A stretch of 64,000 nucleotides of DNA from an uncultured Clostridia bacterium (GCA_947624555.1 CANQKW010000006.1:4206-68205); one strand, 5' to 3'. Numbered from the stretch's first letter, positions 43,597 to 52,791 are shown. The notes: generated by a model not told the origin, from the letters alone. Program-made: numbers and translations.

Positions 43597-44523
43597 CTAC
43601 CAATTATAGCTTGATATAACGCTGCCTATCATCAGTTTCCAGCCGTCCGCAAGCACGAAAATCAGTATCTTGAACGGCATTGAAATCATAGCAGGCGGCA
43701 GCATCATCATACCCATTGACATCAGCGTTGAGCCGACCACTATATCTATAATCAAAAACGGCAGGAAAATCATAAATCCCATCTGAAACGCGCGTTTAAG
43801 CTCGCTTATCATAAACGAGGGTATTATCACTGTGAGCGGGAGTTCGGTTTCCTTATACTCATCGGTAAGACCCGTTTCGGGCAATTCCGTCTTTGAAAGC
43901 TGAATGAAAAACTCAATATCGTCGTTCGAGGTCTGTTTCAGCATAAACCGTTTCAGCGGCACGCTTGCCGTTTCAAGAGCCTCTTCGGTGGTAATTTTCT
44001 CATTCACATAAGGCTGATAAGCCGTTTCATTTATTTCTGCGAAAACGGGCGCCATAATGAATATCGTCAAAAAGAGCGCCATACCCGTAAGAACCATATT
44101 CGGCGGAGTATTCTGCGTCTGCATTGCGCTGCGCAAAAATCCCAGCACGATCACAATTCTCATAAAGCAGGTCATCATAATCAGCAGCGACGGCGCCAAA
44201 GCGATAAGCGTCAGCAGAATTATGACTTCCAGCGGCTGTGATGCGTCCACTCCGACAAGCTCCTGCAAAACCGAAGAGCCGGGCGTACCGACCTCTACGT
44301 CATCGTCGCCGACGTAATCTCCGGGCTGCGGACCCGACGTATCAGACGTATTTGACGTATCCGAGGAGCTGCTTACCGCCGAACTCTCTCCCGAAGAATT
44401 ATCCGAAGAGGCGGCATAAGTACGAAGTCCGCACAGCAGCGCAATCAACACAGCTGACAGCAAAAACGATACAAAGAACCTGAGGACAAGCTTTTTATCC
44501 GCATTAAATAAGCGTTTTATCAT
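43597..44523 (-). CDS. fliP: flagellar export apparatus protein FliP
   Basis: Conserved FliP core (...VLGFLRSAMQTQNTPPNMVL...PFKILIFVLADGW). A Ser/Asp-rich ~60-aa insert follows the signal sequence. Confidence 0.9.
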   Translation of the reverse strand: MIKRLFNADKKLVLRFFVSFLLSAVLIALLCGLRTYAASSDNSSGESSAVSSSSDTSNTSDTSGPQPGDYVGDDDVEVGTPGSSVLQELVGVDASQPLEVIILLTLIALAPSLLIMMTCFMRIVIVLGFLRSAMQTQNTPPNMVLTGMALFLTIFIMAPVFAEINETAYQPYVNEKITTEEALETASVPLKRFMLKQTSNDDIEFFIQLSKTELPETGLTDEYKETELPLTVIIPSFMISELKRAFQMGFMIFLPFLIIDIVVGSTLMSMGMMMLPPAMISMPFKILIFVLADGWKLMIGSVISSYNW

Positions 44524-44541
44524 TTCCTCACTCCTGCCGTT

Positions 44542-44955
44542 TTACTTTTCGCTGTTATCCGTTTCATTTTCAAAGCCGTTTTTTTCGTCATTTTCCGCAT
44601 TTTCAGCCACAGAATTTTCGATCTTCTTTTTTCCGAGAACGGCTTTAAAGCTCTCCGCAAATGTCGGGAAACTCTGCGCCTTGCCTGCCGTTTGTGCGGA
44701 GATTTCCTCCTCCGACAAATCAACGTCGCAGATTTTCTCTGCTCGCTGTGACGTTACCCCAAGCACCATACATTTTCCGCAAACGCTCACCAAAAGCAGC
44801 ATTTTATCCGGTCCGAGATTTACCCTCTCGATTATTTTCAGGTGTTTGCTGTCCGACAGCGCTACCCTGGCGTTAAACTTTTTCATTAGCCAAAAAATCA
44901 AAAATACCAGCGCCAGCACGCCTATCAGCGCCATAATCATCCGAAAATATTCCAT
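44542..44955 (-). CDS. fliO: flagellar biosynthesis protein FliO/FliZ
   Basis: A single N-terminal TM segment, then the KIIERVNLGPDKMLLLVSVCGKCMVLGVT motif. Positioned immediately upstream of fliP. Confidence 0.7.
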   Translation of the reverse strand: MEYFRMIMALIGVLALVFLIFWLMKKFNARVALSDSKHLKIIERVNLGPDKMLLLVSVCGKCMVLGVTSQRAEKICDVDLSEEEISAQTAGKAQSFPTFAESFKAVLGKKKIENSVAENAENDEKNGFENETDNSEK

Positions 44956-45029
44956 AAAAACCTCAAAAAACGCCCTGTGCTATTCCCGAAAAAGGTGCAA
45001 AACCGCTGTTTTCCCTGCTTATAATAAAG

Positions 45030-45056
45030 CGGAAAAGGCGGGAGCCACCCCCGCCT
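45030..45056 (-). terminator. terminator-like hairpin downstream of cheY, inside the flagellar cluster
   Basis: Minus strand reads AGGCGGG-GGTGGCT-CCCGCCT, then TTTCCGCTTT. Confidence 0.4.
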
Positions 45057-45074
45057 GATGAATATACGACAAAA

Positions 45075-45437
45075 TCAGCCGAGTACCTTTTTTACAGTCT
45101 GGAGAATTCTGTCTGCCTTAAAAGGCTTAACTATAAAGTCGAGCGCACCGAGTTTGATAGCCTCCACAACCATCGCCTCCTGACCCATAGCTGAGCACAT
45201 AACCACCTTAGCCATAGGATCGCCTGCCTTGATATCCCTGAGTGCGTCAATACCCGTCTTGTTAGGCATTGTTATATCCATAATTACCAAATCGGGCTTT
45301 TCTGCTGCATAGACTTCGCAGGCAATAGCTCCGTCTGCCGCCTCAAGGATATTTGTATAGCCGTTCTTTGTAAGAGTATCCTTGATAAGCATTCTCATAA
45401 AAGCCGCATCGTCAACTAATAAAATCTTCTTATCCAT
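45075..45437 (-). CDS. cheY: chemotaxis response regulator CheY
   Basis: A 120-aa receiver domain with LLVDDAAFMR, the DITMPN phospho-acceptor site, and VKPF. Confidence 0.92.
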   Translation of the reverse strand: MDKKILLVDDAAFMRMLIKDTLTKNGYTNILEAADGAIACEVYAAEKPDLVIMDITMPNKTGIDALRDIKAGDPMAKVVMCSAMGQEAMVVEAIKLGALDFIVKPFKADRILQTVKKVLG

Positions 45438-45471
45438 TGTAATCTTCTCTCCTTAAAATGTTCTTCAGGGA

Positions 45472-46698
45472 TTATTCTTTGCCTAAGCTGTCAATAAACT
45501 TCGACTTTACAATTTCCGTTATTCTGACCGCAAAGTTATCGTCAATAACGACGACATCGCCTCTGGCAATCAGATTTCCGTTTACCACGACGTCGACAGG
45601 CGCACCTGCCTGACGTTCAAGCTCAATGATAGTGCCCTGCGTAAATTCGAGAATATCCTTGACCTTACGTTTTGCAGAACCGATTTCAACGCTTATTTCA
45701 AGCGGAACTCCCATCAAAAGCTTCAGATTATCCTTCTGGTCGGCAGGTATTCCGAAATCCATCGCATCAAACTGATGGAGCTGTGCATTCTGCACGTTCA
45801 CAGGAGGAGCGGGCGGCGGGTAAGCTCCGTACGCCGCATACTGGTTTGAATATCCATAGCCGCCCTGCGGAGGATAACCTCCCTGCGGCGGATAGCCTCC
45901 CTGCTGAGGGTAGCCTCCCTGCGGCGGATAACCGCCCTGCGGCATCTGATACATAGCCTGGTTGGGTGCGCCCCCTTGAGGGTATCCCTGCGGCTGTGCC
46001 TCTGCCGCCTGCTGTGCAGCCTGAGCGGCAACAGCGTTTGCAGCGACCTCAGCGGACAGCGACTCGATCTCAGCGTCCTGTTCGTCTGAAGAGAATTTCT
46101 CCATCATCTTATTTGAAAGCGTCTTTGCAAGGTCGAGCGAGAGCACCGACATAAACTCTGACTCCATTACGCCCTCTACGGAGAGCTTGAAAGTTACCGC
46201 AACCACCGTCGAATCAAGCGGCATTTCGCACAAATCGCCAAACTTTGTCTGCTCGATTATATAAGGAGTCGGAACGGAAATATCTACCTTCATTCCCAGC
46301 AGATCGGACAGCGCCGTTGCGGACGCACCCATCATCTGGTTCATAATTTCGCTTACCGCCGAGATATTCAGCTCGTCAAACTCGAAATTCGGGTCAATTA
46401 CAAGAGGATTTCCGAGGAGCTGGTTCAGGATAAGCTGTACGTCGTTCTGCTTGAGAACCATCATATTAAGACCTGTAATTCCCTCAATATAGACGATTTT
46501 CACGCATATAGCAGGTTCAAGATTATCATAGTTCAAGTCGCCGACCTTAACGACTTCGACCGTCGGGGTGGTTATCCACGTCTTTGCATTGAGAAGCTCG
46601 CTTACCGTTGTTGCGGCAGAGCCCATACTAATATTGAGTATCTCGCCGACCGCATCAATTTCATACGAGCTGAACTCGATGTTTTCGTCATTCGCCAT
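45472..46698 (-). CDS. fliY: flagellar motor switch phosphatase FliY (CheC-like domain plus FliN domain)
   Basis: N-terminal CheC-like repeats (AVGEILNISMGSAATTVSELL, AVSEIMNQMMGASATALSDLL) and a C-terminal FliN domain (...VVNGNLIARGDVVVIDDNFAVRITEI). A Pro/Gln/Gly/Tyr repeat linker joins them. Confidence 0.88.
   Translation of the reverse strand: MANDENIEFSSYEIDAVGEILNISMGSAATTVSELLNAKTWITTPTVEVVKVGDLNYDNLEPAICVKIVYIEGITGLNMMVLKQNDVQLILNQLLGNPLVIDPNFEFDELNISAVSEIMNQMMGASATALSDLLGMKVDISVPTPYIIEQTKFGDLCEMPLDSTVVAVTFKLSVEGVMESEFMSVLSLDLAKTLSNKMMEKFSSDEQDAEIESLSAEVAANAVAAQAAQQAAEAQPQGYPQGGAPNQAMYQMPQGGYPPQGGYPQQGGYPPQGGYPPQGGYGYSNQYAAYGAYPPPAPPVNVQNAQLHQFDAMDFGIPADQKDNLKLLMGVPLEISVEIGSAKRKVKDILEFTQGTIIELERQAGAPVDVVVNGNLIARGDVVVIDDNFAVRITEIVKSKFIDSLGKE
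45863..45945. repeat. 18-nt periodic tandem repeat inside fliY (about 4.5 copies)
   Basis: CCCTGCGG(A/C)GGATA(A/G)CC(T/G) units start at 45863, 45881, 45899, 45917 and 45935. On the minus strand they encode GGYP(P/Q)Q repeats. Confidence 0.85.
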
Positions 46699-46711
46699 CA
46701 GTAATTTTACC

Positions 46712-47701
46712 TCAATTCCCTGTAAAATTTTCTATCATTATAGCTTTTTTGTTGTTGTAGGTGCCGAGTTTTCCGTCGCACCAGTCACGTTCGCCTATTC
46801 TCACCTGAATATTTTCCGTAATCTTTTTATTTAACGGAATTACGTCGTTCACCTGGAGCGTGAGCACCTCGTACAAATCGAGATTTATCTCTCCAAGCAC
46901 TGCTTTGACCACAAGGTCAGTCGTGCTTATGCCGAACATAATACTGTCACGGCGCTCATTTTCACGGCGCTCATCGGTTTTTCTTCTTGAGCCTGTATAG
47001 CGTGAAATGAACTTGCTCATTATCTCATCGAGGTTAATGGCAGGTATGCAGACAGAAACCACGGACTTTGTGTTATTTATTTCAACCTCCAGCGCCACGA
47101 TTATTACAGTATCCTCGTGACCTATCGTCTGTACAACTCTGGAGTTTGTTTCTATGCCTATAAGCCTCGGCTCAAGGTCGATATGCGTGAGCCATGGCTC
47201 TTTGAGCAGCGTTGCAAAAGACTTCATAATATCCGTCATAATCGTGATCTCGATCTCGGTGAAATCGCGGCTTGTATCGGAATATTCGCCCTTACCGCCC
47301 AAAAGACGGTCTATCATCGTGTATGTAACGGCGTTTGACACCTGGATTATGACATCGGTTTCGTTGATTTCTTCGTTTTTGATGCCCAGGTCTACAAGAC
47401 CCATCATAACGTAGTCGGGGAGCGCATTGTTAAACTCGTTATACCGCTGTTCCTCGATATTCACCAGACTTACACGGCTGTACAGTCTGAGCATACCCGT
47501 GAGATACGACGAAAGAAGTCTTGCGTAGTTCTCGAATATACTCTCCAGCACCTTGATCTGCTCTTTGGTGAATTTTTTCGGAGCACGGAAGTCATATTCC
47601 TTGACGGCGGCTTCCTCTTGATTTGATACTATAGGCTCTACGCCGTTAGCGACGCTTTTCAGCATTTCATCTATCTGAGCCTGTGTCAGTACGTCAGCCA
47701 C
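46712..47701 (-). CDS. fliM: flagellar motor switch protein FliM
   Basis: N-terminal CheY-binding-like LTQAQIDEML and the RLLGGKG motif. GTG start follows AGGGGTGAT. Confidence 0.9.
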   Translation of the reverse strand: MADVLTQAQIDEMLKSVANGVEPIVSNQEEAAVKEYDFRAPKKFTKEQIKVLESIFENYARLLSSYLTGMLRLYSRVSLVNIEEQRYNEFNNALPDYVMMGLVDLGIKNEEINETDVIIQVSNAVTYTMIDRLLGGKGEYSDTSRDFTEIEITIMTDIMKSFATLLKEPWLTHIDLEPRLIGIETNSRVVQTIGHEDTVIIVALEVEINNTKSVVSVCIPAINLDEIMSKFISRYTGSRRKTDERRENERRDSIMFGISTTDLVVKAVLGEINLDLYEVLTLQVNDVIPLNKKITENIQVRIGERDWCDGKLGTYNNKKAIMIENFTGN

Positions 47702-47789
47702 TCCATCACCCCTTTTAGGTTTTATATTTCAACCTCATGCAATAAGCACTTGTTATTCTGCTTTAAATATGCCCGTGTAAACGCCGCGA

Positions 47790-48767
47790 TCAGCCCGACG
47801 TATTTGACTCCTGTTCAAACACAAACTCGCCCGAGTCAATAAATCCGGGACCCACATAAGTGTCCGTCGAGGAAGGCTGGTCGTCATAGAGATCCTTGAT
47901 AGACTCGATAATCTTTTCGGCAGAGCCTTCGGGCAGCGTTGACGGGTCATCCTGATTGTTGCCGTCGGGGTCAAATTCTCCCGAAGGGAGTCCGTAGTCG
48001 TATTTCAGAATATCCTTGATGACCTCAGGGTCGTCGGTATTGAGATCCTCACGAAGAAGAGTGATCTCTACTCGTCTGTTTTTCGCCATATTTTCAAGCG
48101 AATCGTTAGCCACAATAGGCTCATTCGGACCGTTTGCCCTTATGCGGTATTTCGAGAAATCCACCGTGCGATTTTCGTTGAGATGCAGAAAAACGCTGTT
48201 TGCTCTATTCGAGCTGAGGACAAAATCTCCCCTTTTATCCGTACCGTCATCGGCGGTATGACCCGAAATAGTCATAGTCCTGATAAAGCTCTGTACACTT
48301 CTGATTCCCGGTATAATGCCGTTCAAGACCTCTCTGCCTTCGGGTTTGAGGATATACTGTCCTCCGTCAAAGAACACAGAGTCGTCAAATCTTATAGTAA
48401 GGTGCGCCGCACCTCTGTCAAGCGAAACAGAGTCCGCAAGGTTATTATTGTCAATATACTCCGAAAGGTATACATAGAGCTGGTCAAAGCTCTGCGGCAG
48501 CTCACCCTCGCCGCCCGACTGCTGAGGATTATCGTCGGTAACGCCGCCCGTGCTTTCTGCGGACGGATCGAGGTCTGCAACGTAGTTATTTATGTACTTT
48601 CCTCTTGACTGGAAAGCCTGATAGATATACTGGAGTTTTGTTTCATCAAGGTTAGAGCAGGCGAACAGCAAAACGAAAAACGTAAGCAGCAGCGTAACCA
48701 TATCCGCATACGTATTCAGCCAGTCGCCAACGTTGCTTTCGCCCTTTTTAGGCGGCATTTTTGCCAT
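47790..48767 (-). CDS. motB: flagellar stator protein MotB (OmpA-like)
   Basis: TM plug region DWLNTYADMVTLLLTFFVLLF carries the conserved Asp, and there is an OmpA-like domain (...NRRVEITLL). ATG at 48767 follows GGAAGGAG; the alternative is ATG 48815 after AGGAGAGG. Confidence 0.85.
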   Translation of the reverse strand: MAKMPPKKGESNVGDWLNTYADMVTLLLTFFVLLFACSNLDETKLQYIYQAFQSRGKYINNYVADLDPSAESTGGVTDDNPQQSGGEGELPQSFDQLYVYLSEYIDNNNLADSVSLDRGAAHLTIRFDDSVFFDGGQYILKPEGREVLNGIIPGIRSVQSFIRTMTISGHTADDGTDKRGDFVLSSNRANSVFLHLNENRTVDFSKYRIRANGPNEPIVANDSLENMAKNRRVEITLLREDLNTDDPEVIKDILKYDYGLPSGEFDPDGNNQDDPSTLPEGSAEKIIESIKDLYDDQPSSTDTYVGPGFIDSGEFVFEQESNTSG

Positions 48768-48847
48768 AACGCTCAACTCCTTCCGTAAACTTCCATAAAC
48801 GGGAAAAGCTGTCATCGGACAGACCTCTCCTATTCTGATTTCATTTC

Positions 48848-48876
48848 ATTATAACATATTCTTTACGAAAATGCAA
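48848..48876 (-). promoter_or_regulatory. consensus sigma-A-type promoter in the motA-motB spacer
   Basis: Minus strand reads TTGCAT (48876-48871), a 17-nt spacer ending in TGT (extended -10), then TATAAT (48853-48848). Confidence 0.55.
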
Positions 48877-48971
48877 ATACTTTTTTATATTTTTTAAAAA
48901 TAATTTAATATTTTCATAATTTTCTACAAAATCTTTTGTAGGATTAGACGAAACTCATACAAACCTTATAT

Positions 48972-49769
48972 TTATTTAGCGTTTTTATCGTTTTTTATGG
49001 AGCTTTTCGGCAGCATAAATTCAAGTTTTTCCTGGATATACCTGGGATTTGAACCGCCTGCTATTGCCAGAACGCCTTCTTCGATGATCTGCATACACAG
49101 CAGCTCCTCGTCGTGGGTATTTTTAAGAGCCATACCGACGGGTGCGAAAAGCACGTTTGCAAACAGCGAACCGTAGAACGTTGTGATAAGGGCGGTCGCC
49201 ATACCTACCGTCAGTGCGGCGGGGTTTGTAAGGTTGACGTTTTTAAGCATATTGATAAGACCGATAAGCGTACCCAACATACCGAATGCAGGGAAAACCG
49301 CAACGCCCTTCTCGAAGAACGCACGACCGTTCTCGTGGCGCTCGCACATAAACATAATCGTATCGTCAAGCATTCCCCTTACCTTTTCGGGGTCGTTTGC
49401 GTCAACGATAAGCATAAGGCTGGACTTCATAAACGGGTCTGCGCACTGGTTTGCGCTCTCTTCAAGAGCAAGCAGACCTCTTGTACGAGCGACCTGTGCA
49501 TAATCAACAATATCTGCTATGTACTTATTGGGGTCGTACTTTTTCGGTTTTATAGCCATACCCAGACGCTTGCCCACGCCTTTCAGATAGGACATCGGGA
49601 ACGACGCAATAAGACAGCCAATCGTACCGCCGACGGTGATTGCCAGCGACTGGACCTCGACGAAGTTCATAAACGCACCGAATTGAAGGCCCTTTTGCGT
49701 ATCGAAAACTATACCGAAAACGACCATTCCGAATGCAACGACCCAACCTATAATAAGCGATAAATTCAA
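48972..49769 (-). CDS. motA: flagellar stator protein MotA
   Basis: A 265-aa four-TM protein in the MotA/TolQ/ExbB family pattern (...AFGMLGTLIGLINML...), positioned next to motB. Confidence 0.9.
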   Translation of the reverse strand: MNLSLIIGWVVAFGMVVFGIVFDTQKGLQFGAFMNFVEVQSLAITVGGTIGCLIASFPMSYLKGVGKRLGMAIKPKKYDPNKYIADIVDYAQVARTRGLLALEESANQCADPFMKSSLMLIVDANDPEKVRGMLDDTIMFMCERHENGRAFFEKGVAVFPAFGMLGTLIGLINMLKNVNLTNPAALTVGMATALITTFYGSLFANVLFAPVGMALKNTHDEELLCMQIIEEGVLAIAGGSNPRYIQEKLEFMLPKSSIKNDKNAK

Positions 49770-49833
49770 AACAATCCCTCATTTCATTTTTTTAGACAGC
49801 GACCATACTGTCATGCCTTGCCGATCCTCGCCT

Positions 49834-50058
49834 TTATGTCAAAGGAGCGTCCGTGTCCTGCGCTGTTTTAAGGCGCATACGTCTTGCCGTCCTCTTATTT
49901 TCGCTGATTTTATTCATTATCTCATTTATACTTTCACGCACAATATAGCTGTGCCCGTTTCCGAGAAGAATTACCGTATCGGGCGTTTCGTTTACCACCT
50001 CGATAAGGGTTTCGTTTAGCAAAAAAGTTTTGCCGTCAAGCTTTGTAAGAATAATCAT
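49834..50058 (-). CDS. flbD: flagellar protein FlbD
   Basis: Begins MIILTKLDGKTFLLNETLIEVVNETPDTVILLGNG..., the canonical FlbD N-terminus. ATG at 50058 is codon 19 of the listed ORF. Confidence 0.8.
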   Translation of the reverse strand: MIILTKLDGKTFLLNETLIEVVNETPDTVILLGNGHSYIVRESINEIMNKISENKRTARRMRLKTAQDTDAPLT

Positions 50059-50117
50059 ACATATCACCGAAATTGCCCGTTGCACGGGGCTTTCACGCCC
50101 CGTGCCGAGCATTAAAA

Positions 50118-52307
50118 TTATCTCTTGAGCGAAAGAAGTTCTTCAAGCATGGTATCCGATACCGTAATTACACGGGAATTCGCCTGGAATCCTCTTTGTG
50201 TCGTGATCATATCGGTAAATTCCTGCGAAAGGTCAACGTTGGACATTTCGAGAGTATTTGAAAGAATACTTCCTGCACCCTCGTCGCCGCCTGCAATCGC
50301 AAGCTTAGGTGCGCCCGACGCCACGGTTTCTGCGAAGTTCGTGCCGCCTGCCTGAGAAAGACCGTTCGGGTTTTCAAAAAGAACCAAATCCACGCGTCCG
50401 AGGGTAATATATCCGTGAACGGGGTGGATACCTACGATTGTACCGTCCGTCTGGATAACGATTTCGCAGGAGTCAAGCGGCTGCGGACCGCCCAGACGAC
50501 CGTCCTCAAGCGCAAAAGTCGAAAGCAACTTTGCAGTTTCGGTAAAGAACGAGTCCTTGCCGCCTGCAGGGTTTATCGACGGATTTCCGCCGAAGAAAGA
50601 CTCTCTGAAAACGGGCTGCCAGATATCGCCTGCGTCCTTGACCGACTTAAAGTCAGCAGCAGTACCGTCATTATTGTCTGCTTTTTTATAGGTAACAGTG
50701 CCCGTCGTCCAGTCAATTTTTCCGAGTTCGTCTTCTTTAACGCCTTCCTTTTTTCTTGTATTGCCGAATTTATCGGTTTCTACTACCGTGTAGGTATCTT
50801 TGCCAACCTCCGGATCTACTTTCCTGTCAAACTCATAGCCTTCGCCGTAGTTAAGACCCGAAATCTCATTAAACGTGAGCAGCTTATACTTATCGCCGCC
50901 TGCCGCTTTCTTGATAGCCTCGTTTACATCAGCGATAGTGCTGTCGTTGCTGATAGTGATAGTAAGGTTATTTTCGTCCCATACAGCCTTAGTCTTGCCG
51001 TATCCTGCGGAATAGCTGAACGTAATGCTGTACTCATTTGCGAAAGCACCTGCCTCCTGCACCTCAAAATCAAGGGTAACGCCTGTCTTTGTGCCGCCTT
51101 CAAGAGCTACTGTCGTAGGAGTGAAAACGTCGGCAGCCGTAGTTCCTACCATATCTTTAAATACCGTTGCTCTCTGTGCGCCCGACGGAAGAACGAGGTT
51201 ATCGCAGTTAAGCGTTGCAACAGAAACGCCTGCCGACTCCTGTCTTTCGATTTCGGCTTTTATTGCCGCATTTATCTCGCTTGCAGTGCTGTCGTCGTAA
51301 ACATCAAGAGTCCACACACCGTCCTTATAAGTGACTTTTTCAGTGGCAGCGCCTCCTGCGGGTCTTGCCGAAACATTTACCTTAATTTGGTCGCGGCAAG
51401 TGGGGTCGTTTACCGAAAACGTCATATAAGCGTGCTTTGTGGTGTTTGTCGAGGCGTCAAGATAAGACGAATGGAACTGATAAGACGCTTTTTTCGTTTC
51501 AACCTTGTAATCGTCAACGATATTGCTTGCTGCAACAGGCTGATAATCGTCGGGAATGCTCTCAAAAGCGAACTGCAATTCTACATCATCGGGAAGAGTG
51601 ATACCGCCTGCCTTGATAGCCGTAGCGATTGCCTGCTCGAAGTCGTCCTCTGACGTATACTGTGCATTTTTATCAAAGAAAATGTTAAGAATACCGTTTG
51701 CATAAGATGCATAGGGGTAATTTGCCGGTGTAAACGTAACCGTCATATCGGTGTTATCAGAAGGAGCGCTCATAGAAAGAGTAACGTTTGTTCCGTTTAC
51801 CATTTTGGTTGCGGACGAGCAGTGCGCCTCGGTATCGGGGATAATAATTCTGATGACTTCGGAAGAAGGCTGAACGCCCTCAGAATCTCCTGTTACGCCA
51901 AGAACGTGGAAACCCGACGCATTTACGAGATAGCCGTCTGCGTCAACGGAGAATGCGCCTGCTCTCGTGTAGTAAATCTTGCCCGAGCCGTCCATTACCT
52001 GGAAAAAGCCCTCGCCGTCGATTGCCATATCCCACTTGCTGTCGGTGTAGTTAAATCCCGACTGGGTCATATTAGCAACGGTAGAGTTAAGTCTTACGCC
52101 GTAGCCGACCTGTGCAGGGTTTACGCCGCCGAGCGTTGCCGTACCCGAAGAGGGGTTTATCTTATTCTGATAGTAAACGTCCTTAAAGGTTACTACGCCT
52201 GCTTTAAATCCCGTAGTATTAACGTTTGCAATGTTATTACCGATAACGTCCATTTTGGACTGATGCGTTTTAAGACCTGAAACGCCTGAATACAATGATT
52301 TTACCAT
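50118..52307 (-). CDS. flgE: flagellar hook protein FlgE (long form, 729 aa)
   Basis: N-terminus SLYSGVSGLKTHQSKMDVIGNNIANVNTTGFK and C-terminus ...MITTQRGFQANSRVITVSDTMLEEL. A large central insertion separates them. Confidence 0.88.
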   Translation of the reverse strand: MVKSLYSGVSGLKTHQSKMDVIGNNIANVNTTGFKAGVVTFKDVYYQNKINPSSGTATLGGVNPAQVGYGVRLNSTVANMTQSGFNYTDSKWDMAIDGEGFFQVMDGSGKIYYTRAGAFSVDADGYLVNASGFHVLGVTGDSEGVQPSSEVIRIIIPDTEAHCSSATKMVNGTNVTLSMSAPSDNTDMTVTFTPANYPYASYANGILNIFFDKNAQYTSEDDFEQAIATAIKAGGITLPDDVELQFAFESIPDDYQPVAASNIVDDYKVETKKASYQFHSSYLDASTNTTKHAYMTFSVNDPTCRDQIKVNVSARPAGGAATEKVTYKDGVWTLDVYDDSTASEINAAIKAEIERQESAGVSVATLNCDNLVLPSGAQRATVFKDMVGTTAADVFTPTTVALEGGTKTGVTLDFEVQEAGAFANEYSITFSYSAGYGKTKAVWDENNLTITISNDSTIADVNEAIKKAAGGDKYKLLTFNEISGLNYGEGYEFDRKVDPEVGKDTYTVVETDKFGNTRKKEGVKEDELGKIDWTTGTVTYKKADNNDGTAADFKSVKDAGDIWQPVFRESFFGGNPSINPAGGKDSFFTETAKLLSTFALEDGRLGGPQPLDSCEIVIQTDGTIVGIHPVHGYITLGRVDLVLFENPNGLSQAGGTNFAETVASGAPKLAIAGGDEGAGSILSNTLEMSNVDLSQEFTDMITTQRGFQANSRVITVSDTMLEELLSLKR

Positions 52308-52386
52308 TTTTGACCCTCCAAAAAATTTGTCCTGCCGTGACGCAGAGCCTCATTCACAAGCTCCGCCTGAATTCCCGAAGGTCCGT

Positions 52387-52791
52387 TCAGATTATCACGG
52401 TTGAATCAATTTTAGTGAAAATGCTGCCTTTAAGCTCCTCCTGAGCTATTGCGGTGACAACCTTGTTGTTTTTGACGCTGACCACAAAAGCGTTCTGTCC
52501 CACCAGAACCAGTGCGTCGCTGCTGCCCTTATCAGCGGCGATTTCAACCGCCTTGTTGAGCCGTTCGAGCGTATCGCCCTCTGTGACGTCGATACTTCTT
52601 TCCGAAAGCCGCTGTATAGCGTGCTTGGAAAACTCTATCCCCTGCTTTTCCTCGATTTTGTTTTGCAGAGCCTCAGCAAAGCTTTCACCCTGCTCTGTTT
52701 CGGAAACCTGCGGGAGATTTTCGCCTGCGATGCCGTTTCCCGTGGTAACGCTTATTTTATTGCGCAGCGCTAAATATTCGCTTATCAGCAT
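52387..52791 (-). CDS. flagellar operon protein of the TIGR02530-type family
   Basis: A 134-aa protein between flgD and flgE. The ...FSKHAIQRLSERSI... motif is typical of this conserved Firmicute and spirochete flagellar-operon protein. RBS is AAGGAGG. Confidence 0.65.
   Translation of the reverse strand: MLISEYLALRNKISVTTGNGIAGENLPQVSETEQGESFAEALQNKIEEKQGIEFSKHAIQRLSERSIDVTEGDTLERLNKAVEIAADKGSSDALVLVGQNAFVVSVKNNKVVTAIAQEELKGSIFTKIDSTVII

Noticed and set aside
44520-44723. 67-aa extremely basic minus-strand ORF (MICRRRKSPHKRQARRR...)
   Set aside because: It is an alternative frame inside the 3' part of fliO that overlaps the fliP start. It has no independent RBS, and its composition is typical of an off-frame reading of acidic coding sequence.
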